A DNA stretch of 64,000 bases from Clostridia bacterium (lineage in GTDB: Bacteria; Bacillota; Clostridia; Oscillospirales; CAG-272): assembly GCA_017453245.1 (NCBI GenBank), contig JAFTKM010000004.1:44964-108963 (forward strand), written 5' to 3'. The translations under genes and the position numbers were made by a program. Within the stretch, counting starts at the first letter, position 1, and the number at the start of each line of letters is the position of its first letter. Shown here piece after piece: positions 1 through 10,706 of this stretch. The notes under the pieces were generated by a model, which was given only the letters and a program-made list of their open reading frames with translations, was not told the origin of the DNA and searched no databases.

Positions 1-1
1 G

Positions 2-787
2 AGACTTGGTCTTACCAACGTTACTCTACACTTAAACTCCATAGGATGCAAGAACTGCAGACCTGATTACAGAAATGCGCTTGTTGACCACTTTGGTTGT
101 CAAAAGGACAAGCTTTGCGATACCTGCAAGTCGAGACTTGAGAAAAATCCCTTGAGACTTCTTGACTGCAAGAACCCCGATTGCGCTAAGATCGCGGCGG
201 GTGCTCCGAGGACGGTTGACCATCTTTGCGAGGAATGCGCGGGCAAGTTTGATATGCTCTGTCGTGCACTCGATGCGATGAAGATAGACTACGTTGTTGA
301 CTCCTCCATCGTAAGAGGTCTTGACTACTATACCGGCGCGGTATTCGAGTTTATCGCAGAGGGTATCGGCGCTCAGTCCACCGTTTGCGGCGGCGGTAGA
401 TACGACGGCCTCGTTGAGTCGCTCGGCGGACCTAAGCTCTCGGGCATCGGCTTCGGTATGGGTATCACCAGACTCATTCTCGCTATGAAGGAGCTTGGCA
501 TCGCGGACGTTGAGATTCCCACTCCCGACCTTTATATTGCGGCTCTTGGCGAGAGAGCTACGGTTGAGGCTCTTGCCATTACCGAGAGACTCCGCTCCGA
601 GGGCAGATACGTTGAGTGCGACATCGTTGGCAGAAGCCTCAAGGCGCAGATGAAGTATGCAAACAAGATCGGCGCCAAGTACACCCTCATCATCGGTGAC
701 TCCGAGATCGACGCGGGCGTAGCTCAGCTTAAGAATATGGCTGACGGCACACAGACTGAGGTACAGCTCGCAACCTTTACACTTTGA
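2..787 (+). CDS. hisS: Histidyl-tRNA synthetase, 5' end outside the window
   Basis: Frame 2 is open from the window edge. Class-II HisRS motifs RGLDYYTG..FE and GGGRYD are present, followed by a C-terminal anticodon-binding region. Confidence 0.9.
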   Translation, partial: RLGLTNVTLHLNSIGCKNCRPDYRNALVDHFGCQKDKLCDTCKSRLEKNPLRLLDCKNPDCAKIAAGAPRTVDHLCEECAGKFDMLCRALDAMKIDYVVDSSIVRGLDYYTGAVFEFIAEGIGAQSTVCGGGRYDGLVESLGGPKLSGIGFGMGITRLILAMKELGIADVEIPTPDLYIAALGERATVEALAITERLRSEGRYVECDIVGRSLKAQMKYANKIGAKYTLIIGDSEIDAGVAQLKNMADGTQTEVQLATFTL

Positions 788-897
788 TTTTCCATACTCC
801 GATCGCTACTGAATAAGAGTCGCGATCGTGATTGGTATCAACTATTATCCCGAGGTCTAATATCCGGCTTCGGGATTTTTTAGAAGAGGTAATACTC

Positions 898-3057
898 ATG
901 ACAGACAGATTAGCATTTCTTCCGGTGAGTGCCGCCGACGTCAAGGCGCGCAACTGGTCGGAGGTTGATTTCGTATACGTAACGGGCGACGCTTACGTCG
1001 ATCACCCGTCCTTTGGCGTGTCGATCATCTCGCGCGTGCTTGAGGCTGAGGGCTTCAGAGTGGCTATACTCTCCCAGCCCGACTTCAGATCCTGCGAGGA
1101 CTTCAAGCGCTTCGGACGTCCGAGGCTCGGCTTCCTCGTCACCTCGGGTAACATCGACTCGATGGTGGCTCATTACACGGTTTCGAAGAAGAAGCGCTCA
1201 TACGATTACTACACAGCGGGCGGCAAGATGGGCAAAAGGCCTGACCGCGCCGTTATAGTCTACTGCAACAGAATAAGAGAAGCATACGGCGACGTGCCGA
1301 TCATCATAGGCGGACTTGAGGCATCTCTTCGCCGCTTTGCACACTACGATTATTGGGACGACCGTGTAAGACGCAGTGTCCTTGTCGACTCACGCGCGGA
1401 CATACTCACCTACGGTATGGGCGAGAATATTCTCGTAAGACTTGCAAAGCTTCTTGACAAGGGCGTGCCCGTCAAGAAGATACGCGACGTGCGCGGTACT
1501 GTCTATCTTGCGAAGAAGGGTGATCCCGTCCACTTCGAGAGCCTCGAGGTCGGTGACTTTGATGAGCTCAAGACCGACAAGCGCGCCTACGCCAAGGCCT
1601 TCTCCATACAGTATAAGAATACCGATTCCATACACGGAAAAGCTATAATAGAATATTACGGCGACAAGATGCTCGTACAGAATCCGCCTATGCCTCCGCT
1701 TGAAAGGGAGGAGCTCGACAGAGTATATTCCTTGCCCTATGCGAGAGACTTCCACCCCGACTATATTGCCGAGGGCGGCGTGCCCGCCATAACCGAGGTC
1801 AAGTTCTCCATTACACACAACCGCGGCTGCTTCGGCGCCTGCAACTTCTGCGCCATAGCCTTCCATCAGGGCAGAGCGGTGCGCTCAAGGAGCGAGGAGA
1901 GCGTTATCAGGGAGGCCGAGATCATAGCCTCAATGCCCGACTTCAAGGGCTATATAAACGACGTTGGCGGACCTACCGCAAACTTCCGTTATCCCTCCTG
2001 CGATAAGCAGGCGACCTGCGGCGTATGCCCGGGTAAAAAGTGCCTTGCTCCCACCCCATGCAAGAACCTCAAGGTTGACCATACCGAGTACGCGCATATG
2101 CTCGGCGAGATAGAAAAGATCAAGGGCGTAAAGAAGGTATTTGTACGCTCGGGTATCAGATTCGATTACCTCATTCTCGACGAGGATGACACCTTCTTCC
2201 GTCAGCTCGTCACACATCATACGTCGGGCCAGCTCAAGGTTGCTCCCGAGCACTGCGCGCTCAACGCCCTCACTATGATGGGTAAGCCTCCGGTCGAGGT
2301 GTTTGAGAAGTTCAAGAAGAAGTTCTTCAAGCTCAGCGATGAGGCGGGGCTTGAGCAGTATCTCGTGCCGTATCTTATGTCCAGCCACCCCGGCTCGACT
2401 ATGAAGGACGCTGTGGATATGGCCCTCTGGCTTAAGCAATGGGGATATTCTCCCGAGCAGGTGCAGGACTTCTATCCCACCCCCGGTACCATCTCCACGG
2501 TAATGTACTATACCGGCATACACCCGATGACGGGCAAGAGCGTGTACGTAACGACCGACTATCACGAGAAGCAGCTGCAAAGAGCTCTTCTTCAGTTCTC
2601 CCGTCCCGAGAATGCAAACCTCGTAAGAGAAGCATTGAAGATAGCGGGGCGCGAGGATCTTATCGGCAACGGTCCCGATTGCCTTGTCAGACCTGCCTTC
2701 GGTCAGGACGGCCACACCAGATATATACCGCCCAAAAAGGGAAATAAAAGTAGTCATAATTCGGCAAAGGGCTCAGGTCCCGCGGCGAGAAAGCCCTCAG
2801 GGGGCAAGTCCTCGGCTTCAACAAAAGGTAAGTATTATCAGCCCGTTCTTGACGCTAAAAAGCCTAAAAAGAGCAAGCTTGAGCGTATTTTCGGCGAGGA
2901 AGCATCGAGAATTCGCATAGAAAGCGCCAGAATGTCGGACAATGAGCAGAAAAAAGGCGGCGCCTCAAGGTCCCGCGGACAGACTCCTCCCTCGCAAAAG
3001 GGCGCAAATGTAACCAAAAGGGCTACAAAAACGGGCGCAAAGGCAAAGAAACGCTGA
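898..3057 (+). CDS. ygiQ: YgiQ-family (UPF0313) radical SAM protein
   Basis: Has the CFGACNFC (CxxxCxxC) cluster motif, an N-terminal VTGDAYVDHPSFG region and a Lys/Ser-rich basic tail. Start moved from the track's 832 to ATG 898, which follows GAAGAGG. Confidence 0.85.
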   Translation: MTDRLAFLPVSAADVKARNWSEVDFVYVTGDAYVDHPSFGVSIISRVLEAEGFRVAILSQPDFRSCEDFKRFGRPRLGFLVTSGNIDSMVAHYTVSKKKRSYDYYTAGGKMGKRPDRAVIVYCNRIREAYGDVPIIIGGLEASLRRFAHYDYWDDRVRRSVLVDSRADILTYGMGENILVRLAKLLDKGVPVKKIRDVRGTVYLAKKGDPVHFESLEVGDFDELKTDKRAYAKAFSIQYKNTDSIHGKAIIEYYGDKMLVQNPPMPPLEREELDRVYSLPYARDFHPDYIAEGGVPAITEVKFSITHNRGCFGACNFCAIAFHQGRAVRSRSEESVIREAEIIASMPDFKGYINDVGGPTANFRYPSCDKQATCGVCPGKKCLAPTPCKNLKVDHTEYAHMLGEIEKIKGVKKVFVRSGIRFDYLILDEDDTFFRQLVTHHTSGQLKVAPEHCALNALTMMGKPPVEVFEKFKKKFFKLSDEAGLEQYLVPYLMSSHPGSTMKDAVDMALWLKQWGYSPEQVQDFYPTPGTISTVMYYTGIHPMTGKSVYVTTDYHEKQLQRALLQFSRPENANLVREALKIAGREDLIGNGPDCLVRPAFGQDGHTRYIPPKKGNKSSHNSAKGSGPAARKPSGGKSSASTKGKYYQPVLDAKKPKKSKLERIFGEEASRIRIESARMSDNEQKKGGASRSRGQTPPSQKGANVTKRATKTGAKAKKR

Positions 3058-3584
3058 TTGCGGCAAGGAATTGCCTACGCCTACCTCCCGCGTGGAGAAA
3101 AACACTTCAAAAACCGTCTGTTTCTAACTTGGTTCGTAAAAAACGCGAAGTCCCGAAAACGAAAAAACAGAGCAGAGAGACAAGTTCCTTCAAAAGTTCG
3201 CTAATGAAGGTCTTTTTGGGTAAAAATGACAAAAGACGGAAAAGTGGAGATTTTCACGGAAAGCGAACTTTTCAACATCTTCAACAAGGATAATGTTGAT
3301 AACGTGTTGATTTTCCTGTTCAAAATCCGCCCGACCTTGGTAAATCGAGGGTTTTCGACAAGAAATTTTCCACATTTTCAACACCTTGAAATGTTGATAA
3401 CTCAATCGTAAGTTCTCCTTCTCTTATAAAAAATCGGGGAATTTGGAAGTTTACGAGCTGAAAAACGGCAATTTGAGGAAAAATAAAAGCGAGTTTTTTA
3501 AAGCATTTTGCAAAATCAATTGCGCATTTTTTACGAAAGCGCTTTGGATCATCAAAAAATACAGTAAGATCATCGGGTAATATA

Positions 3585-6011
3585 ATGGACAGAAGTATAA
3601 TTAAGGAAGAATTTATAAAAGCAAAGAGAGCGCTCTTTGACAAGGTCTACTCGGAGCATCTTAACCCCGAGCAGCGCCGCGCGGTCTTTACCGTTAACGG
3701 CCCCGTTCTCGTGCTTGCGGGCGCGGGCTCGGGTAAGACGACGGTTCTTGTCAACAGAGTCGCATACATAATTAAATACGGCAACGCCTACTTCTCGGAG
3801 CATCTTCCCGATGACGTTGATATGGATACGGTGGAGGCGCTGAGGGCGGCTCTTGATATGTCCGCGGAGGACATAGCCGAGATACTCCCGCAGTTCATCA
3901 CCGCGCCGTGTCCGCCCTGGTCGGTCCTTGCCATCACCTTCACCAACAAGGCCGCGGGTGAGATAAAGTCGAGGCTCCTTTCCACCTTCGGAGATGAGGA
4001 GGTTGCCAAGAGCATATGGGCAGGCACCTTCCATTCCATATGTCTGCGCATACTCCGCAAGTACGGTGAAAGACTCGGCCTTCGCGAGGGCTTCTCGATC
4101 TACGATACCGACGATAAAAAGAGAATGATAGCTCTTTGTATGAAGGAGCTTGAGCTTGACGAAAAATACCTTGCGCCGAAGGCTGTTGCCTCTGCCATAA
4201 GCATATCCAAGGATAAGCTCGAGCGCCCCGAGGATATGGAGCTCACAAGAGACCCGCGCACAAAGGATATAAGGAACGTTTACGAGCTCTATCAGAAGAA
4301 AATGATGGCTAACAATGCCGTTGATTTTGACGACATCATTATGATGACCGTAGAGCTTTTACAGGAGCATCCCGACATTCTCGAGTATTATCAGAATAAA
4401 TTCAGATACGTCCTCGTTGACGAGTATCAGGATACCAACTACGCGCAGTTCGTTCTCACCAAGCTTATTTCCGACGGACGCAGAAATATTATGGTAGTCG
4501 GAGACGACGACCAGAGCATCTACCGCTTCCGCGGCGCTACTATCGAGAACATACTTAATTTCGATACGACCTATCCCGACGCCGCGGTTATCAAGCTTGA
4601 GCAGAATTACCGCTCGACCGCGAATATTCTTGCCGCGGCAAACGCTATAATTGCCAACAACACCGACAGACACACAAAGAGTCTTTGGTGCGCTAAGGGT
4701 GACGGCGAGAAGATCACCGTCAAGGAAGCCGCCGACCAGAATGATGAGGGCAGATTCATCGTTGATAAGGTGATCAGGGGCGTGCGCACAGAGGGACGCA
4801 ATTACTCCGATTTTGCCGTTCTCTACCGTGTCAACGCGCTCGGACGAGCGCTTCAGACCGCCTTTACCAAGAGCGGCGTGCCCTTCAGAGTCATCGGAGA
4901 TATGGGCTTCTATGACCGCAAGGAGGTCAAGGATATGATCGCGTATCTGTCCGTAGTCTCCTATTCCGGTGATAATTTAAGACTTAAAAGGATAATAAAC
5001 GAGCCTAAGCGCAAGATTGGCGCGGCGACCGTCGAGGCGATTGAGTCCTTGGCGAATGCAAACGGGCTCTCTATGTATAATATAATTGAAAGGATCGACG
5101 AGTATCCCGTGCTTTCAAAGAGCAGGGATAAGCTTCTTTCCTTCCATACGCTTATCGAGGAGGTAAAGAGCACGTGCTCGCTTCCCTCCGAGATGCTGAC
5201 TGCACTCTTTGAGAAGTCAGGATACCTTGCTATGCTCAAGGCTGAGGGCTTTGAGGGTGAGGGAAAGATAGAAAACGTCAACGAGCTTATTACAGCGGCT
5301 CTCGAGTATGAAAAGCGAGTATCCGAGAGCGGCGAGGAGATAACTCTCACGGGCTTCCTTGAGGAGGTATTCCTCATCAGTGACGTTGATAAATACGATG
5401 AAAATGCCGATGCAGTTGTGCTTATGACCGTACACGCGGCAAAGGGACTTGAATTCCCCGTTGTATTCCTTGCGGGTATGGAGGACGGAATATTCCCCTC
5501 CGAGGCTGACAGAGGCAGCGAGGCTGAGATGAGCGAGGAGCGCAGACTTGCCTACGTAGCCATCACAAGAGCGAAGGAGATGCTCTATATCAGCTATGCC
5601 AAGGAGAGAATGATGTACGGAAGAAATCTTTACGGCAGACTTTCCTGCTTTATCAGGGAGGAGCTGCCCCCGGAGCTTACCGTGCGCGACGTACCGAGAC
5701 GCGAGCCCCCGAGACGCACAGCGTATTACTCGCCATACCGCAGCGACAGCGCGTTTGCTCCGTCGCCGAAGGCATCGGGCGAGCTTTCACGCCGCCCCGA
5801 GATAGGAAACGTGCGCGATAACAGGCGCGGAGCGGAGAAGTTCGGTGTAGAGAAGCTTACTGTCGGTGACAGAGTCGCTCACGCAATGTTCGGAGAGGGA
5901 ACCATTCTCTCCTCGCGCGATATGGGCGGTGATGTCTTATATGAGGTCAGATTCGATAACGGACAGACCAAAAAGCTTATGGCAACCTTCGCTAAGCTGA
6001 AGAAAATATGA
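3585..6011 (+). CDS. pcrA: ATP-dependent DNA helicase PcrA/UvrD family
   Basis: Walker A AGAGSGKTTVL, VDEYQDTN, VHAAKGLEF and ERRLAYVAITRA motifs. 808 aa. Confidence 0.9.
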   Translation: MDRSIIKEEFIKAKRALFDKVYSEHLNPEQRRAVFTVNGPVLVLAGAGSGKTTVLVNRVAYIIKYGNAYFSEHLPDDVDMDTVEALRAALDMSAEDIAEILPQFITAPCPPWSVLAITFTNKAAGEIKSRLLSTFGDEEVAKSIWAGTFHSICLRILRKYGERLGLREGFSIYDTDDKKRMIALCMKELELDEKYLAPKAVASAISISKDKLERPEDMELTRDPRTKDIRNVYELYQKKMMANNAVDFDDIIMMTVELLQEHPDILEYYQNKFRYVLVDEYQDTNYAQFVLTKLISDGRRNIMVVGDDDQSIYRFRGATIENILNFDTTYPDAAVIKLEQNYRSTANILAAANAIIANNTDRHTKSLWCAKGDGEKITVKEAADQNDEGRFIVDKVIRGVRTEGRNYSDFAVLYRVNALGRALQTAFTKSGVPFRVIGDMGFYDRKEVKDMIAYLSVVSYSGDNLRLKRIINEPKRKIGAATVEAIESLANANGLSMYNIIERIDEYPVLSKSRDKLLSFHTLIEEVKSTCSLPSEMLTALFEKSGYLAMLKAEGFEGEGKIENVNELITAALEYEKRVSESGEEITLTGFLEEVFLISDVDKYDENADAVVLMTVHAAKGLEFPVVFLAGMEDGIFPSEADRGSEAEMSEERRLAYVAITRAKEMLYISYAKERMMYGRNLYGRLSCFIREELPPELTVRDVPRREPPRRTAYYSPYRSDSAFAPSPKASGELSRRPEIGNVRDNRRGAEKFGVEKLTVGDRVAHAMFGEGTILSSRDMGGDVLYEVRFDNGQTKKLMATFAKLKKI

Positions 6012-6128
6012 CTGAACATAAATGAACCCCGTTTTTCCGGATGGCAAAATGGTAATTTTCAAAGATTATCGTCTGCAAACCTAAGAAAAAATATAACTTT
6101 ACCCCGATTTTCGGAGAAATACTGTAAA

Positions 6129-6794
6129 ATGATTAAATACGTTCTTTTTGATCTCGACGGAACTCTGCTTTCTACTCTTCCTACCATCACGTATCACCTG
6201 AATGGAGCGCTCAGCGCTCACGGTCTTGGCAAGATAACGGTAGAGAATACGCGAGAATATATAGGCAACGGTGCGAGAAAGCTCGTAACAAGAGCGGTTA
6301 ACAGATGCGGAGTCGATGACGAGGCGGTGATAAGCGCCGTGCTTTCCGACTATAACCGCGCATATGATGCCGATCCCTTGCCAAAAACAGAGCCTTATGA
6401 TGGCATAACCGCTCTCGTCGATAGGCTTCATGCTGAGGGATTCAAGCTCGGGGTTGTAACCAATAAGCCCGAGCCGACGGCGAAAAAGCTTATCAGTCAC
6501 TTCTTCAAGGATAAAATATCGATCGTCAGCGGCGGCAGAGAGGGTATAGTGCTTAAGCCCGACCCGACAGAGTCGCTTAGCGTGCTTGCCGATATGGGCG
6601 GCGTGCCTTCCGAGTGCGCCTTCGTAGGTGATACCTCGGTTGATATTCTTACCGGCAAGAATATGGGCGCGGCTTTATCCATTGGCGTGACCTGGGGCTT
6701 CAGGTCGCGCGAGGAATTGCTTTGCGCAGGCGCTGACGTAACGGTTGATGATGCGGAAAGCTTGTACGCCTCACTTAAGGGGGAGCGCCTATGA
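6129..6794 (+). CDS. HAD-superfamily hydrolase (phosphoglycolate phosphatase-like)
   Basis: DLDGTL motif I at the N-terminus, TNKP, and GDTSVD motif IV. Confidence 0.75.
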   Translation: MIKYVLFDLDGTLLSTLPTITYHLNGALSAHGLGKITVENTREYIGNGARKLVTRAVNRCGVDDEAVISAVLSDYNRAYDADPLPKTEPYDGITALVDRLHAEGFKLGVVTNKPEPTAKKLISHFFKDKISIVSGGREGIVLKPDPTESLSVLADMGGVPSECAFVGDTSVDILTGKNMGAALSIGVTWGFRSREELLCAGADVTVDDAESLYASLKGERL

Positions 6795-7297
6795 TAAAGC
6801 GCACACTTTCCGTTTTTCTTATACTCGTCATTTTGCTCTCGTTTGCTTCGTGCGATGACAAGGATAGATTTGAATATTGCGAGCTTGGAATAATTCTTAC
6901 CGAGGACTTTGAGCCCTATGATTCGGAGGGCGCATTCAACGTCGCCTACTCCGATGGCAATACTATTGTCGGTATCGCGAGATATTCCTTTGTCAACTGC
7001 GAGGAGCTGGGACTTCTTAGCACCTACACCCCGAAAAAGCTTGCCGAGGTCTATCTTGATATGATGGACAGGACCGTCGACGAGGGTGTAAAGGTTTACG
7101 GCGACGTGCCCTATTTCACCTACACCGAGACTGCCGAGGACGGCTCCGAGTTCTTCTATATGCCTACCTTTTACCGCACACCCTACGCTTACTTTGTAAT
7201 CACCTTTATTACCCCGAACTCAAGGGAAGTGGTGGGGCGTGTCGAGTTTTTAGAGTATATCAGAACTGTTTATATTCTTAATGAATATTTGCAGTGA
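6791..7297 (+). CDS. Lipoprotein of unknown function
   Basis: Signal peptide with lipobox LLSFASC. The ATGA start overlaps the stop of the upstream gene. Confidence 0.5.
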   Translation: MIKRTLSVFLILVILLSFASCDDKDRFEYCELGIILTEDFEPYDSEGAFNVAYSDGNTIVGIARYSFVNCEELGLLSTYTPKKLAEVYLDMMDRTVDEGVKVYGDVPYFTYTETAEDGSEFFYMPTFYRTPYAYFVITFITPNSREVVGRVEFLEYIRTVYILNEYLQ

Positions 7298-7411
7298 ATT
7301 TGTCCTTCACTGTGAAAGTTTTTTTGAATAAGCGCTGAGTAAATTGGCTTAATACAAATAATTGCAAACCATAGTTGACATAAAACCATATTACGAAAGG
7401 ATAGCAGTAAA

Positions 7412-8704
7412 ATGAAAATGAAGCTTACATCTTTCTTATTGGCTCTTGTCCTTCTCTTCAACGTTTTTCTTTTCTCGGGGTGTGTAAGACCCGATGATAA
7501 GGACGAGGATGATACGGACACAGATGACAGAAAGGAATATTTTACTTGCGATTGCGAGCCGAGCTCCGAGATAACAAGAGAGAAGCTTGAGGGAGCTCTT
7601 GCGGACGCTATTGCCAAGATCGATTACGCTTTGCCTACCTTCACGGATAAGTTCCCCTCGCACAACAGTACAAATAACGTTTACAGTGCCGTAAACAATG
7701 ACAGCGGTTGGAATACCGGCTTCTGGACGGGTATTCTCTGGCACGCGTATGAGATGACCGGAGACACAAAATACCGCGACGTTGCTACCTCTCAGATCGA
7801 TTCCTTCTATTACAGAATAGATAACAAAATAGGCGTCAACCATCACGATATGGGATTTCTTTATACTCCCTCGTGCGTTGCGGCGTATAAGCTTACCGGA
7901 AACGCTCAGGCTAAAAAAGCGGCGATCAAAGCGGCGGATCATCTTATCTCAAGATACCACGAGACAGGCAAGTTTATTCAGGCTTGGGGATCTGTTGGCG
8001 CTGATGACAACTACCGCCTTATCGTTGACTGCCTCCTCAATATCCCCCTTCTTTATTGGGCAAGCGAGGTTACCGGAGACAGTACCTATCGCGACATAGC
8101 GTACAACCATTTTAAAACAACGATCAGTGTTTGCTACCGCGAGGACGGAAGCACCTATCACACCTATTACTTTGACAAGAATACAGGCCTTCCCCTGAAG
8201 GGCGTTACCGCTCAGGGAGCGAGTGACGATTCCACCTGGTCACGCGGTCAGGCGTGGGGAATGTACGGCCCGCTTCTTACTTACATTTACGAGCCCGACG
8301 AGGCGGCTCTCGATACCTTTATTAATGCTACCGATTATTATCTTGAGTATCTTCCTCTTGACTACGTAGCTTATTGGGACCTCTCCTTCACAGACGGCGC
8401 ATATGAGCCTAGGGATTCGTCCAGCGCGGCAATTGCACTTTGCGCGATGCTCGAGGGAATCAAGCATATGGACGAAAACGATCCCAAGAGAGAGGTATAC
8501 GTTAAAGCGTGTAACAAGATAATGAACTCGCTTATCGATCACTACACCACCAAGGATGTTCCCGAGGCAAACGGTCTCCTTCTCCACGCGACCTACAGCA
8601 AGCCCGGCAACAACGGTGTTGACGAGATGAACATCTGGGGTGACTACTTCTACATGGAGGCGCTTCACAGAATGCTCGACCCCGAATGGGAGCTCTACTG
8701 GTGA
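7412..8704 (+). CDS. Glycoside hydrolase family 88/105-like (unsaturated glucuronyl hydrolase-like) lipoprotein
   Basis: Lipobox LFSGC. GFWTGILWHAYEMTGD and RGQAWGMYG regions are typical of GH88/GH105. Confidence 0.7.
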   Translation: MKMKLTSFLLALVLLFNVFLFSGCVRPDDKDEDDTDTDDRKEYFTCDCEPSSEITREKLEGALADAIAKIDYALPTFTDKFPSHNSTNNVYSAVNNDSGWNTGFWTGILWHAYEMTGDTKYRDVATSQIDSFYYRIDNKIGVNHHDMGFLYTPSCVAAYKLTGNAQAKKAAIKAADHLISRYHETGKFIQAWGSVGADDNYRLIVDCLLNIPLLYWASEVTGDSTYRDIAYNHFKTTISVCYREDGSTYHTYYFDKNTGLPLKGVTAQGASDDSTWSRGQAWGMYGPLLTYIYEPDEAALDTFINATDYYLEYLPLDYVAYWDLSFTDGAYEPRDSSSAAIALCAMLEGIKHMDENDPKREVYVKACNKIMNSLIDHYTTKDVPEANGLLLHATYSKPGNNGVDEMNIWGDYFYMEALHRMLDPEWELYW

Positions 8705-8709
8705 TATTT

Positions 8710-9024
8710 TGCGCCTAAGCCGCCTTTTCGACCAAAGCTCGCCGTAGGTTTCTACGGCTTCGGGTCGAAGAAGCCATCTTATGCATCAAAATATCAGCGC
8801 CCCTGATTCACTTGTCGACAGATCTGCGCCTAAGCCGCCTTTTCGACCAAAGCTCGCCGTAGGTTTCTACGGCTTCGGGTCGAAGAAGCCACCTTATGCC
8901 TCAAAATATCAGCGCCCCTGATTCACTTGTCGACAGATCTGCGCCTAAGCCGCCTTTTCGACCAAGGCTCGCCGTGGGTTTCTACGGCAACGGGTCGAAG
9001 AAGCCACCTTATGCATCAAAATAT
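8710..9024. repeat. Tandem repeat, 115-bp unit, about 2.7 copies
   Basis: Units start at 8710, 8825 and 8940 and are near identical. Each holds nested inverted repeats (TTCGACC...GGTCGAA and GCCGTAG...CTACGGC). Confidence 0.9.
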
Positions 9025-9059
9025 TGGTGATTTAACAATAACTAAAGACAAAAACAGAT

Positions 9060-10661
9060 ATGAAAAAGTTAGCTTACTTATTTTTATTCGCTTTATTGAT
9101 ACTGACCTTATCATCGTGCCATAAAGACGCACCCGATGAGGGTGGTGAGGCAGGGCCTCACGTCTGCGAATTTGTCGAGAAATCCACGAAGTCTAAGTAC
9201 ATCAAGACCAGAGCGACCTGCATCCAGCGAGCAGAGTATTATTACAGCTGTTCCTGCGGTGAGATGGGTACTGAGGTGTTCGAGCACGGTGACTTTGGCG
9301 GACACAGCTATGGCAAAAATACCGCGGATCAATATCTCATCAAGGAGGCAACGGTGAAAACCTCTGCTATCTACTACAAGTCGTGCTCAAGATGCGGCAC
9401 GGCGAGCAATGACACCTTTGTAAGCGGCACTCCTATCGCGCTCACCGATGAGGAGAAGCGCTACGTCCCGACCTCTGTGACCGTAACGCTTTATGATACG
9501 GAGGAGTCGGTTTACGGCTTTACCTACAACACCTATAATGCTCCTGGGGATCCCGTGATACAGATCAAAAAGGCAGGGGATACCGAGTGGGAGGAGATAG
9601 CTCCCGCGTCCTATGAGGCAACGACTCAAGACGGCGACGGAGTCTCGGTTTCTTACTTCATTTCCAAGGCGGAAATAACCCTTAAGAGGGGTACCGTGTA
9701 CGTTTATCGCGTGCTTGACAGAGCCTTTGGCATAATAACGCCCGAGGTTACCTTGAAGGCATGCGACCCCGCCTCGACCTCCTTCACCTTCTCTCACGTG
9801 AGCGACTCTCAGGCAGGCCCCGCGGAATTCGGCCGTGTAATGAAATCGATTGCGGACAGCTCGGATTTCGTCATCCACGGCGGCGACGTTGTACAGTATG
9901 CTCATAAGGAAGCCGAGTGGACGGAAATGCTTGACGGCAACTATGAGTATATTATGGGTATGCCGATAATACCTATCACGGGCAACCACGAGACCTCGTA
10001 TAACAACGCAACCTTTGAGATTTACAAGCACTTCAACAACAAGATCCCCGAACAGACTTCGGTTGCTCTTGGATACTATTACAGCTTCGTATACGGTGAC
10101 GTAAAATTCATTATGCTCAACACCAACGACCTTGAGGATAACAGACTTAAGGCGGAGCAATATAATTGGCTCGTAGATGAGCTTCGGAACAACACCTGCA
10201 AGTGGACTGTCGTATCGATGCACAATCCTATGTATTCGGTAGGTAAGTACGGCGCTGACCAGACGAGAAATCAGATAGCCCTCGCCCTTCGCGAGCAGCT
10301 GGGCTCATTATTTGCCGAGTACGGTGTTGACCTTGTGCTTCAGGCTCACGATCACGCGGTATCGAGGACCTTCCCGATTGACGCAGACGGCGCCACGACC
10401 GCTGAGATGACCGAGACTGAGAATGGAGTAGAGTATATAGTTGACCCCGACGGAGTCATCTATATAATGAACGGTCCTGCAGGCACTCAGCAGAGAGCCC
10501 CCGTTGCGATAGAGGATGGCATTTACGCTTATGCCGAGACCGGCAGGAGAGCCTCCTGGGCGGATATTACCGTGGACGGTGACACTCTTACCGTGACCGT
10601 AAAATGGCACGACGGTACCTCGGAGCAGGTATACCACACCTGGGGTATAAAGAAGAGCTGA
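9060..10661 (+). CDS. Calcineurin-like metallophosphoesterase lipoprotein with an N-terminal Cys-rich module
   Basis: Lipobox LTLSSC. GDVVQY, GNHE and HDH motifs are present. Confidence 0.7.
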   Translation: MKKLAYLFLFALLILTLSSCHKDAPDEGGEAGPHVCEFVEKSTKSKYIKTRATCIQRAEYYYSCSCGEMGTEVFEHGDFGGHSYGKNTADQYLIKEATVKTSAIYYKSCSRCGTASNDTFVSGTPIALTDEEKRYVPTSVTVTLYDTEESVYGFTYNTYNAPGDPVIQIKKAGDTEWEEIAPASYEATTQDGDGVSVSYFISKAEITLKRGTVYVYRVLDRAFGIITPEVTLKACDPASTSFTFSHVSDSQAGPAEFGRVMKSIADSSDFVIHGGDVVQYAHKEAEWTEMLDGNYEYIMGMPIIPITGNHETSYNNATFEIYKHFNNKIPEQTSVALGYYYSFVYGDVKFIMLNTNDLEDNRLKAEQYNWLVDELRNNTCKWTVVSMHNPMYSVGKYGADQTRNQIALALREQLGSLFAEYGVDLVLQAHDHAVSRTFPIDADGATTAEMTETENGVEYIVDPDGVIYIMNGPAGTQQRAPVAIEDGIYAYAETGRRASWADITVDGDTLTVTVKWHDGTSEQVYHTWGIKKS

Positions 10662-10706
10662 GCCTTTTATCCCCGACAAGTCAAAGCAAAATAAAACGCA
10701 AATAAA

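Noticed and set aside
1930-2757. 275-aa ORF antisense to ygiQ, and similar antisense or alternative-frame ORFs at 9387-10223, 17656-18267, 28385-28966 and 35677-36510
   Set aside because: All are nested in well-supported genes and have no independent signals.
3226-3420. Possible DnaA boxes or origin, and a 61-aa ORF, in the AT-rich ygiQ-pcrA spacer
   Set aside because: Only two near-consensus boxes are present (TTTTCCACA and TTATCAACA on the opposite strand). There is no dnaA/dnaN context and no AT-rich unwinding repeats that I could define. The ORF has no RBS.
8710-9024. CRISPR array
   Set aside because: The units are 115 bp and directly abutting, with no unique spacers. No cas genes are nearby.
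8927-9124. 65-aa ORF spanning the third tandem repeat unit
   Set aside because: It reads through repeat DNA and overlaps the start of the next gene in another frame, with no RBS.
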